Of a stretch of 64,000 nucleotides of DNA, positions 1-39,000 are shown one piece after another (position 1 is the first letter of the stretch; each line of letters begins with the position of its first letter). Position numbers and translations under genes: made by a program. Source of the DNA: Phallusia mammillata (lineage: Eukaryota); assembly GCA_965637545.1 (NCBI GenBank), contig OZ281500.1:10354001-10418000 (forward strand), written 5' to 3'. Under the pieces are notes generated by a model. That model was not told the DNA's origin. It did no database searches and saw only the letters and a program-made list of their open reading frames with translations.

Positions 1-40
1 TAGCGTTGGGTTCGTAATATTAGATTATTGCCCTAATAAC

Positions 41-518
41 CAGTGTTTCATACCGGAACGGAACGAAACCAAATAATGTTATTCGTTCTGAGCAAATTAT
101 TTATTTCGTTATTTCGTTCTGGACCGATATTTTCATTTCCTAACGGTCTGACTGAAATAAAATTATAACGGTATTTTGGTCTTTAAAAAAGAGCATTTCT
201 TACTGGTCTTTACAACTATTAAGCAAAAAAAGAAAGAAAGTTGCAACGCACAAGAATTATTGTCGGTAGTTGTTACTTCACATAACACTTGTCAATGATG
301 GTCAGACGGATGTAAATTGTAGGAGCCTCAATTTATATCATATCTTAACAGTGCAAAATTTTCAGCAATTGTTTCATGCCAAATGTCAAGAACGAAATAC
401 CGGAATAAAATATAACGGTATTTCGTTCCGTTCCGGTACTTTGAATATTTTTCATTTCGGTATTTCGTTCCGGTATTTTAGCCAAAAAATATTTATTTCG
501 TTCCGGTATGAAACACTG
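41..518. mobile_element. Non-autonomous hAT-type MITE, 478 bp
   Basis: 20-bp TIR CAGTGTTTCATACCGGAACG (41-60) / CGTTCCGGTATGAAACACTG (499-518); flanks CTAATAAC / CCAATAAC (7 of 8 match); many internal CCGGAA/TTCGTT subterminal motifs. Confidence 0.85.
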
Positions 519-958
519 CCAATAACCTATACCAATACCATTACCATGTACCTCGGATAATGTTTTCAGTTCGTCGGTACATATATTATTGGTTCCAGTG
601 TTGCAACATACTATTTTAGATAAACACTTGTGTAAAAAAGCAGAACATAAAGACCCCACACACTATTTTTGATAAACTCTGGTGCAAATAAGCAGTACAT
701 ATTTGTTTTCACAACATTTGATTTTGAACTTCAACTAAGTACATACTTCAGTTCCCGCGAACAAACGGGACTTCCCCTGTGGTATCCCATACCAGCTACA
801 AAAATCCTAGAGTTTTCGGTTTCATAGTATTTTAAACATAGGATATTCCATGCTTTAAACCAGGTATTTCCCAACTGGGGGCCGCACAAGAAGCTTTAGT
901 TTAAAGGTACAAATACCCTATTAACACGCTGCAAGTTTAGTTTTTAACACGCTTCAAG

Positions 959-1054
959 CAGTGGTGAGATGAGATTTTCCAGGTTCGCGGATCTCATAAA
1001 ATTTCGTGAGACGGTTCTATAGAACCGGTGCGAACCGTCTGAATCCCACCACTG
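959..1054. mobile_element. Minimal hAT-type MITE, 96 bp
   Basis: Ends CAGTGGTGAGAT / ATCCCACCACTG (11 of 12 inverted match); perfect 8-bp TSD GCTTCAAG at 951-958 and 1055-1062. Confidence 0.85.
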
Positions 1055-1515
1055 GCTTCAAGTGTAAGGAAGGCTGGAATATTTGCAATGACTTTCATGA
1101 CTTTCAATAAAAAGACGACCCAGGCTATCGATTGCCAATGTATTTCAATTAGATAGGATGATTAGTTGAAGCGCAAAATTACACGCTAATCACATAGGGC
1201 TATTTAGCGAACTACAGTGTTTCCGCCAGCAAAGGCCGGCGTGATACGAAAGTGCAAATTCGTCATGTCATTGTAAGTTGAAAAGAACGATAACAACATT
1301 AACAGATTAGTGGGAAATAGAAAAGACCGTCGCAAAAACTGTGTATACACATAGTTAGGCAGAACGCAGTTTACTTTTTAACATCAAAATAAATCTTATT
1401 CGAAAACAGGTGGAACTACGCGCGACGTAAAGCCAACAAAACAAGGTACATCGTACAACTAAATATATAGACTTTCGATTGTGCAAAAAGCTATGTTGAT
1501 GGGATGCGGTTCAAA

Positions 1516-28869
<27,354 letters not shown>

Positions 28870-29265
28870 TTCAATCCGCTAATCTAAAACAGAAAAAGTA
28901 GGACCAAATTAGGCATTCATTCATAGTAATTGTAAACAACAACAAACAGGTATCAGTAAAACATATTAGGCTGCGTAAAAAGTTAGTCTAAAATCATCTG
29001 AACAGTATTAATATCAGAAAACAGACACACACACAAAGGACAACTATACATAACGCATAAATTGCGAACAAACGAAGTGAGTAGACGAAACGTAAATCAT
29101 AGGGATCAACTTTGCATCATTATTACCAGCAGGCAAGTTACAACTAGCTTACACGTCTAATTTGCAAACACAGATGTTTTATGCTTTATGTTATCATCAC
29201 ATCGTTTTGTTTCATTTCCATACAAATGCTTATTATGTCCTTTGTTGATGATTGATCATGTAGAT

Positions 29266-29818
29266 CAGGGCTACTCAGTTAGGTTTGTCAAAGGTTCAGA
29301 TAGAAAAGGTAAAAATTACCAAAGGCCCGGACACTTCTGTTCGAAATGCAAATGCGGCATGTCTTAGCCAATTTTGGTCATAGCGAATGGGGAGAATAGC
29401 GGTCAAAAATGGAAGGTTGAACTGGGCACTAAACGTGATTTTACTCCTTGCTGCGAGAGTATATTGGCACAACGTCATACAGATTACATTTTATCTGGTT
29501 TTGCTGGACTGCTTCGTAAGGTAATAATTTGAAATTCATTTCATTACATCACAGATACAATTGCGCAAACAATCGCCGCTTTGTTAATTGTATAGCGGAA
29601 TAATCTATTTTGTCGTAACAGTTGGATTTAGGCAAGACTTTAGGCTTCTCGCAGATCAATCGCTATGCGGACCTCAGTTTAAAAATTGCCTTTACATAGC
29701 AATGTTTAATTAAAACACAAATGATAGTCTATATGTTGCCGTAAAGACTATCGAGGTCTACATTCAACGCCTCAAAAGGTCTGGATGTGGACCGTGGTCC
29801 GTCATTTGAGTAGCCCTG
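29266..29818. mobile_element. hAT (Buster-like) MITE, 553 bp, upstream of the mucin
   Basis: TIR CAGGGCTACTCA / TGAGTAGCCCTG; perfect TSD ATGTAGAT at 29258-29265 and 29819-29826. Confidence 0.92.
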
Positions 29819-31549
29819 ATGTAGATTGTTGAAGAAAAACATAGAAACAAAAGGTAATTAGAGGTGTTTTTCTTACTAACGGTTTCATTTCTTTCATTAT
29901 TTTATCCAAACATCAAATTGCTTTCTACCCTGCTTAGTGGTAAAATGCGGAGATGACTTTTCGAATACAGGGGTTTCAGAATGTTGTCATTCAGCGATTT
30001 ACGAGCGAGTTTCACGGAACTGTGAATCTTTAAAACTTATGAATAGAAAGGTGTGATCTTACGATGCGCTGGCTGAATCGCAAAACACAACTTGACTAGA
30101 CGCCAGATTGTAGCTATATATTTGTGTTTTGGTATGTATCTTTGTTGGCGACAAACAAGGCGATAAACACAAGACATTGCGAACATAAAAAATATGTATA
30201 TTTATTACACGACCCACGTTGGTTGTTCGGTTCCAAAAAAACAGAAGCTAAAATTTAAAGATTCTTGATAACTAAGCTATGATAACTCAAAACCAATTTT
30301 TTACCTATCTTTTTCTTACTTCTTCTTCTCTTATTTGTTCGAGTGCATTCAGCGTCGTTTCGATGCAGAAAAAAGTACTTCCTGACTTCGAAGAGCTGTA
30401 ACTCGAATAAACGACAATTCGTCGGTGACCCTCTATTTGGACCTTAAGCTTTTCTGACGGATGAGCAAGTTTCCATAATCGTTTCACCGGCGTAAAGTTT
30501 TCGACCACAGAGCACGATCTGCGATATTTGCTCTCTTTGGCAATTTGGTTGACGCCCGAATACGCCGCTCCTTCCACACTTGTTCCTAAGTCTCCTTTTA
30601 CCATCTTGCCAGAAGACGACGCAATAGGTCAACATTCTCAAAAAGTAAAATCAAGCCACAATAAAGTTTTGATGTGTGCGCCAGGTTACGACTTACGCAA
30701 ATATAAGAGCGAGTCAAGGAGCATGTGTGAGCTGTTTTAAAAGATGATTTTCTCAACGAAAAGTTGCCACTGTTACGCACGTTTATTGGAACACGTCAGG
30801 GTTTCCATGCCATAATAAAATCACAAATACATTGCGCGCAAACCACTTGCATTTTATCTGTAGTATTATCCCCATTACGCCAAGTTCGAACCCTAGTTTG
30901 TGGTCTAAAGCTTTACTGGTTTGAATTAAAATTACTATCTTTGCGCATTTGAAAGCGTAAGTGGTAAATGTACAAAGTTTGTTTCGGACCTTAGCGCCGA
31001 AAAGAGTTGTCAAAGCTAACGCGTTATGCAATTAAGCGGCATTCGACTTGCTTTTACTTTGGAGTAAATCCTTAAAATGCCAACGACTTTCCGAAGACAA
31101 ACATTGCAAGCATGTTTTAAACTTTAGCTGAATTGTCATCTTGTCAATTGACGTTCACTGACTTTTGTTCGAAAGATATGACGTTAGAATAATGCATAGC
31201 AATGCCTTGTTGGTCGCCGGGTGGGATATGTAGCATGAAAGGATTACTCAGTGGGCGAGCAAACACAAGGACACAAAAGCACTTCGAATCAGCAGTTTAA
31301 TGGTAACTTGGGCGGACTCCTGGATCTTGGGCAAATAGAGTCATCGAACAGAAATCAAGTTATTTTTCTTGAGAAGTAATGATTTGACGCAGAACATCAC
31401 CCTGGTGACGCAGGGTTAGAATTGAATGAATTCAATTAAAACGTCAAGGCATGCCGAGTGCAAACATTTGTCTACACGCACAAACGCTAAGAATACTTTC
31501 GGGAGAAACGGGTGTCCAGATCGGGCTTTTGAACTTTACTGCTACTCAC

Positions 31550-33045
31550 CTTCTGCGTGAAAACGATTTTGTGCTTGCTTAGGGAGGCAACACTGTTTAA
31601 CAATTTTTCGCGGTATTGTTTTGTCCTTTCATTGCCACCGACGTTGCGCAATTAAATACCGTTCTTGCGCTCCTACGAAACGACCCCGAAACGAAAAGGT
31701 AAAAGCATTTTGCAACTATAACAAAAGTACACACTGCCTTTTTACTTCATCTAAAATTCAAACAAGCCTAGTTCCAACAATAATAAAATACATAAATTTG
31801 GCCGATTTTAAAGCATAGAACGAAACTATTTCGTTGCGAAAACAACTAGATCTGTATGCTGTAAAATGGGACAATCTTACTTTTTCCTCACAAGTTTTAT
31901 TCGTAAATCATTTTCATTAGGAATTCACTATTTATTGAAGACAATGTCGATGAACAATACACAGTATTTTTCATAGAAAACACAACGGCATTCGATAAAG
32001 TATTAATGGCGGTTCGAACAAGGTTTCATTAAAATACGGTAACACGACATAGCAGTGGCGCAACAGAGAGAACAAATCACCAAACAATATTTCAACACAT
32101 GGACGAGATTAAACCACTTACGCGAACTTCAGAACGTCGCAAAAAAACTAGTGGACCGATATTTTACCAGTAAATAGGTATTAATTTATTTTAAAACTTG
32201 TTGTGGCGTAAAAATAAAATTGCACATTTTGTAGATAACATTATTGTATCCGAGTAACTATATAACTGGAACGATTAAAATGTTAAATAAAAACAGAAGT
32301 ATACACAACAGGTGGACACAAGAGCTTTGGTTTCTGAAGCTATACTTTACTAAGTTCTAAAACTCACATATCATACCAATGACAAATGCTTTTTCGTTTA
32401 AACGTCAATGAGTTTGGTTTGTATGCAGCGACCGATATAGTATAACAACTGGTAAAAACGGAAACGACATCATAATTGTTACACGAAACCACAACGATAT
32501 AAATATTTTACCGGTTATCGGGTATGTGGGTACAGAAAAATAATATGACAATTTTTATTTCACGCGAGAATCGCCACGTGATGTACTGTTCTCTCGAGCG
32601 ACCTCTAGGAATTGCATAATCTTGCTGCGTTGATCAACTTCAGATTGGTGTTTCCTATGTCAGCTGGCTTGCGACAATCGAGATGATTATAATGAGAAGG
32701 ATGACGCAGCAAATGATCATGCATATTTTCTTCTGCAAATTTGCATCAAAAACAATGTTATAACATACAAAGACCTGTGGCGCCTCCTAATGGCTAAAAT
32801 AATAATTTTAGTAATTCACTACAAATATTATCAACGTGATTATGATAAAAAACTAACATTCACAATAGCATGCCTTTCGTTTTATACACAAAACGAAATA
32901 CACTAACATTTACGTACCTGTGTGTCTACTTGCTAAGGTCAAGTACATAACATAGATGCAACGAACAAAGAACGTCAACGACAACTTCACGATACAAGGC
33001 TAAGGGTGAAAAAGGCACAAAATACAACATTGCAAAAAACGGAAC
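31550..33045 (-). other. Candidate non-coding spliced exons (32918-33045 and 31550-31672) downstream of the syntaxin coding exons
   Basis: Both have a pyrimidine-rich AG acceptor (TTTCTTACAG, TCGTTTCGTAG) and a strong donor (CAG|GTACGT, AAG|GTGAGT); the 31550-31672 exon has stops in all three frames. Confidence 0.5.
32655..32732 (-). CDS. Syntaxin transmembrane exon C ([25 protein letters not shown])
   Basis: TTTGCAG acceptor, phase 0; KK + 23 mostly hydrophobic residues with the IICC motif of syntaxin-1, then TAG. Confidence 0.85.
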   Translation of the reverse strand, partial: KKICMIICCVILLIIIISIVASQLT

Positions 33046-36000
33046 CTGTAAGAAACTAAAACTGGCATGTAGCAAACTAAAAATCACTTTCGATCACATT
33101 ATTTGGCAAATACTATCGCCTATCACTTTATAATTTAAAACGAAAATCCGGACACCAACAAATATTCTACAACAGTATACAAGTTTTTCTTTTAGTCCTT
33201 CAGTTTTAAGTAATATTCCAACATGGAATAGTTGAATATAAAACACACTTAATTTTTGGACATTTTCCACGAGAGAATTTTCCATGTGAAAACAAGGTTT
33301 TACGAAGTTTGCGTGACAGCCACGACAACTGCAATGATGACAATAACGACCACCAGTATGGCGCATAGGATGACGAGACAAATCTTCTTCTGTAAAAAAG
33401 TAATTTCTCTGCGAAATTGTAACGACCCAAAAGTTAATTGACCACATTAACAACGTAATTTTCCCACATAAAACAATAGATTAACTTGTAATTGACTGCA
33501 GAATTAGCGTTTTAGGATAAATCCATGCAGATTTTATAAATTTATTGACTAATCATTATGCGAGTTATATGGGGCTGAACGATTATTTAAAATGCACACA
33601 ACGATCTTTAACAAACATCAATTAATCGAAGCAAGATTTTAACATGATTGGGAACATGCAATTGAAACCGATTGGACACAAAAAGCCGTTGTCAGAAGGC
33701 ATTCAATTATTAACATCCGTCGCAAATGAGCAAATTATTATTTTTTGTTTGTTAAACTTATCATGCGTACCAATCCAATATTCAGTTTGTAAATGTGCTG
33801 GATATATGAAAATGTTTGAAAAGAAACGATTGGACCAACAAAATGGCCAAACATCGTGGCTTGGTTTTAACTTGATAGTATCGGCTTTACCTGTATTGCT
33901 GTGAGAAAATTAGAAACCGTCTTGTATGCACATCATGTTGTTGGCCTACTTTGCATATCGACCAGTTAAATAGCTGGATCGAAGTCACTTAATGCCAAGG
34001 ACGTAGCCTACTTGTACGAGCCGATAGCTAAATGAATTTCTCAAAAAATATCACATCAGTTTGTCGCCATATTTCAGTGATAATGCATTGCTTGATAATT
34101 TTTTTACATGTTAGTGCTGTTCGTTTGTTGTCACTATCTGTGGCAAGAAAATCTAAAAGCGTCTTGTGCTAAGCTATACAAACTGCCTGAGCAATGGAGT
34201 TATTCCGTTTGGATTAGAGTTGCAAGCAGGTCCGAAATTCGAGATCGACCCCGTAACTATGAGCCAAATGCCTTACCAAAACCAGATTGGTTTTTAAGAA
34301 AGCATGTTTAGGCCCAAAAGTTTTGACAGACCTATAATAAAGTGACATTCACAATGATCTAGGCCTACACAAGAAGTTTTACTGCTGTCGGGCGTTAGGA
34401 ACTAGCTACCATGCTCGGTAATTTATATTGAAAAAAAATTAAGGACACAGAATGTAAAAGTCAGGCACGAATGAAGCCAGATTCTTTTAAAAACAAATCT
34501 CGAACCAGGCCCGAATGACAACCACTCGATTTTAAACATTCAAGGAAGGACATTTTTTAACTGACTCAGACGGGAAACTTGGGTCTCAACCAACTTCCAT
34601 CAAACAGAAATCGCGCGCACAATACATCCCATTCATATTGCTAAGTTCCCATTCATATTGCTAAGTTTCACTTCCTATTAGATGATTAGTCATGCACTGC
34701 CACGACGCGAATCTAATAGGACCTTCATCGATCGTGGAGAATGAGATACGCGAATTTTGGAAATAAGCAACAGCTGCGGAAAAGCCACGTTTGCAAAGGC
34801 GATTGATTGCGCGGCAAGAACAGGGTTTCAAGTGCCCGGCCCGTATTGGATATGCGTCCAGTGATTACTTGAGGTCGATACTCTTACGACGCCGGTAGTA
34901 AACATGATTGTGACGTCACAATGGTTTTTAACTGCCCCAACTCGAATCACATTACGCCATTGTTTAATACCATCAATCGTGGTGACCTTTTTGAACAGTT
35001 TTTAACTTCTATTCACGTCGATTGTAGGGGTAAAGCAGAATAATAAAATGCTTTACCAATCATACCAGAAACTCTCCTTTATTGACCGTAAACGTATTTG
35101 ACAAAAATACTTCAGATGGTGCATACACGTTTCGTGAATATCTTTTCCGTTTGTTGGTCCTAATGCAAAGTCTTTGCGTAGGAGTCCAAACTGCCACATC
35201 GCTTAATTTCTCACTTAAACAATTCGTTGGCCGTAGTCGTTGACAACAGAAGCAAACTGATTTTTGAGTGAAACAGATGACGACAAAAAAAAACTAGCCA
35301 CTGTCTTAGACAACAGGCTTCGTAAAATAGTTTTTGTGTCTAAAAGGCGTTAATATGGCACGCAACCACACGGTAGCCTACGCACGACGTCATATAAGCA
35401 TGACGCATTCTTACAGAAACCGGTTGCGTCACAGACAGCATCACACAACGTAGTTTCTTGTAATGTAATGCGATGTTGCGTTACAGAATCGACAACAAAC
35501 ATTAAATAAAGAGAACAATAAAGAATTTATGTGCACGTAACATGTGACGTTGTAACGCGTCCGTCAACGCAAAACAGAGAAACGAGCATCGAATAAAACA
35601 CTGCATCCGTTATTCCATGCGTAAACTTGGAAGGTCGTCATTATGTTAAGGCACACAAGTCATGCAATACAGGCTTAGTAACTGTTGCATTACGAACATA
35701 TCTATCGCATATGACCTGTTTGTGGCCTGTCAGCTAATCGATGCGACCCTCCACAAAATTAGCGGCTGGTTTACGAACACACGGCTATTTGGAGTTCTAA
35801 TAAATCATTTTACCATTGATTTTTCTGACGGATGTGGAAATTCTTTCTTGTCAAAGCGACCGCCGTAGTTTGGTATTGGCTATGTAGCGGCGTTTCGCAT
35901 GATTTACACAAATCGCAGGACAATGTTGTTTAATATAATCAGTGGACAAAACTTGGTTCTTTCTTGCGATGTGTTATCCGAGGCGAAAAGGATTTACAAA

Positions 36001-39000
36001 TTACAGGGACGATTCATATTTCTAAACAATTGAAATGTGACATATTGGTGTAATCGTTGCGAACATTCAAAAGTTTCCACGTGTTACAGTGCTCTCCGCT
36101 TAGATGGAAGTGCTTACAACTGGTTAAGTCAAGCAAAATGGAAAGGGTAGAAACTATACGTAGTTGTACATATATTAGTCGATACATACATTATTGCTAA
36201 CACGACTTTTGCCGTAGCGCTGCGTTTTGTGATCTGCGTAAAAGTTGGGTTTACAGAACAAAAACAATTCATTTGGAATGGGTTCTCCGCCTAAAAAATT
36301 GCTTTTTCGGTACCAAAGTTGATAAACAATCAGCCGATGATACCAATACTTACAAGCAAATGCTTAACAATGTAAAATTGCCTATAAATACAATAAATTG
36401 CAGTAACAGGGTCATGCTGTTAAGTGAATTAATCTACATGAAGCACAACAATATGGGTTCAGTATGATTAAGCTGTACACTTTTCGATCACTCCGTCAAA
36501 GGAAAATCTTTCATTTTTATGTTTGGGTTTTTTGGACGGAATATTATTTCGAAAATACACACAATGAAAAGACTAGCAAAGCACAAAATAATTGCAGTAA
36601 CCGAAGTTGGGTTAGGCAACAGAAAATCAAACCGATAAAAAAGGCGAATCAAGGCACAAAACAAGTCGGTGGTCTCAGGCGCAAGTGCATAACGATGTAC
36701 ATGAAATAAACGTTGAAGAAAGATATCGGGAGTGTATGCCAAAGTTCAAATATATATGCAACTTAGCAAGATCCAACAAATGCATTCAAAGTCATTACGG
36801 TTTATTGTACAATAGGCCAGATCTTAGATTGACAATACTGCTAACATTTGAAAGCGGTTGCTTGTTTCTCAGGTTATCTAGTCCAAAGTGACATATGGTC
36901 TGCAGTCGCATAAGTTTGGTCTTTGAATATTTGGAAATTGGCAATTACTCCGGTCCTTGGTATGTAGTGCGATATAGCTCTTTCAATAGTTCAGGCGAAA
37001 TGCAAAAACAGCCAACCCACAATAGAATACTGCTTTAACATTGCGCTTCGTTCATACGATAGAATAGAAATCAAAAACAAACAAAGAGTTAAATCAAGTG
37101 TGTGACCAAAGGAAGAGGAATCGTCACAATCAATATTTTTCAATATATTTTTGATTGGTTTAAGTGACTACAACGCTGCTTGAATGGACTTCGGCTGTTC
37201 CGGGATCCCACATCTACAGAAACAACAAAATAATGGTAAAATGGGTAAAAAAGCTTAATAGCCTGGAGACCTGTAAGTTGAAACAAGGATTGTTTAGTCG
37301 GATGGTATATACTAGGGTTCGACTTGAACTTTTGAGATAATACTAGGATGCCGACTCGGGTTCCTAGAAACATTTCTTCGATTCCTACTCCTCACGGTGC
37401 CCATTTCGGTTTATAAGTTACAAATTTTAATACATTTATCATTTGGCGTTGGCAAGGGTGCCTGTTTTGAAGCTTATTTATAGACCTGTCGTCAGTTTTA
37501 TATAGGGGCAATTTTGCAATGCGTTCGTAAGAACATCGTGTATTGGAGTGTAAGCATTGAAATGCGATGATTTTTTTCAAGTGTATGTAATGTAAATAAA
37601 TTATGGGTAAACAACTTACCAGACGAACATAATGGGATCACCAATCTTACCATACGTAGGGTTAGAAAAAGTATACGGCAGTGTAACTTAATACCTTTAA
37701 ACTGGATAACGCCAAAAGAATACTATTGCATGACCCGTGCTAAGTGTTTAGAACAGTGGTTTTCAACCATAAAGGACACGTAGAACCACTATATGTTATG
37801 TAGATTTTCACCAGACATTAGAAATTGGCACAATCTTTTTTTTAATTTTTGATAGAAGCTCCGGTCAAGAGCCGCTGGTTTAAGAACAAGGCAAATCTTT
37901 AATGTAAGGTAATCGCTTTCGATGCTTGCTGTAAATAATTTAAAGTGGAAATTCGCGTAGTACTAAGGTCCGCGAAAGATAGTTTGTTTTAACTGGCTTT
38001 GTACGTCCCTAAACATGGCAGTGATGGACACCGTGGTTCGATCGGCAGTTTGAGAAGGGGACAGCTTGAATTCGCGCACTCGGTTGTGCGGTTGACGCCA
38101 TGGCACTCTTTGCTCTGTTCGTCTACTTTCCATCCATTAAATATTCATGCAAAGATTGCATTACGCTCAATACAAACTGATTACACCGAGGGGCGGTTAT
38201 GGCTAGTTGCAACTTGCCGCTGTAAGTTTTCAGTAACTTTACTTGGGGAGAAAAATTATCTGTTTTGTTAGAAATAATATCAGCTAATACCAAAGTTTTA
38301 AAATATCGAAAGGGACCTGCTACCCAAATCACATTAAGCTATTTAATATTAATAAGTGGGTAATCACGAAATGGCAAAAGCATGAATCACACAACGTTGC
38401 GCAGTATCCCCAAGAGCCGCGACAACACCACTGTTGAGGAAACCGACAAGAAATAACGCACTTTAAAACAAGATACAAAGTGAAAACAAATTATAGCGGC
38501 GTAATCCTAATCTACAGACGATTGCATTTTGAAAAATCGTGCCAAAATCGGTCCAAACATAAAAAATTGGAAAATTTAAAATAAAAGAGCTTACTTTCCA
38601 CCACGCGTAATAATAATAATAGTTTTGTTTTTATGGATGCAACACATTTACTAGTAAAGCCTTAAGTTTATTGATTCATCTCTGGAATCCAATATTGTTG
38701 CCGACACTAAGGTATTATGACATATAGCATTTACATAAAAGGAAAAAGGGCCGTAATAATTTCCTAATGTTACGTAATTACCAGCACGAATTCCAATTGT
38801 ACCTATTCTGGGTTGGTTTATCCCTGTTTAAAAGGTCGCACTTCTACAACAGAGCACAATGTGATGTGGTGCGCTTTGTATAAAGTATGGGGGCTTTGAA
38901 CCGGAGATTTGGTTTGCAAATGAGGTAGCTGTGACGTAGCCACTCGGCAGCTATGACCTAGCCGACGATATGCTTAATATACCATCTTATGCTAAAGCAG

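Noticed and set aside
270-659. Overlapping ~100-aa ORFs at the window start
   Set aside because: They lie largely within the 41-518 MITE and have no protein-like features.
860-900. Lone hAT-like left end CAGGTATTTCCCAACTGGGGG
   Set aside because: No matching right end or TSD found.
28883-31550. Syntaxin-to-mucin read-through or operon transcript
   Set aside because: A nearer acceptor (next to 31401) and a minus-strand AATAAA (~30782-30787) give a simpler end for the exon chain; cannot be supported without RNA data.
34628-34667. 20-bp direct duplication CCCATTCATATTGCTAAGTT
   Set aside because: Only two copies; ordinary slippage, not an array.
37150-37210. Possible soluble syntaxin C-terminal exon ([17 protein letters not shown]) after a good acceptor
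   Set aside because: No similarity to syntaxin termini; acceptor-like motifs are common in this AT-rich DNA.
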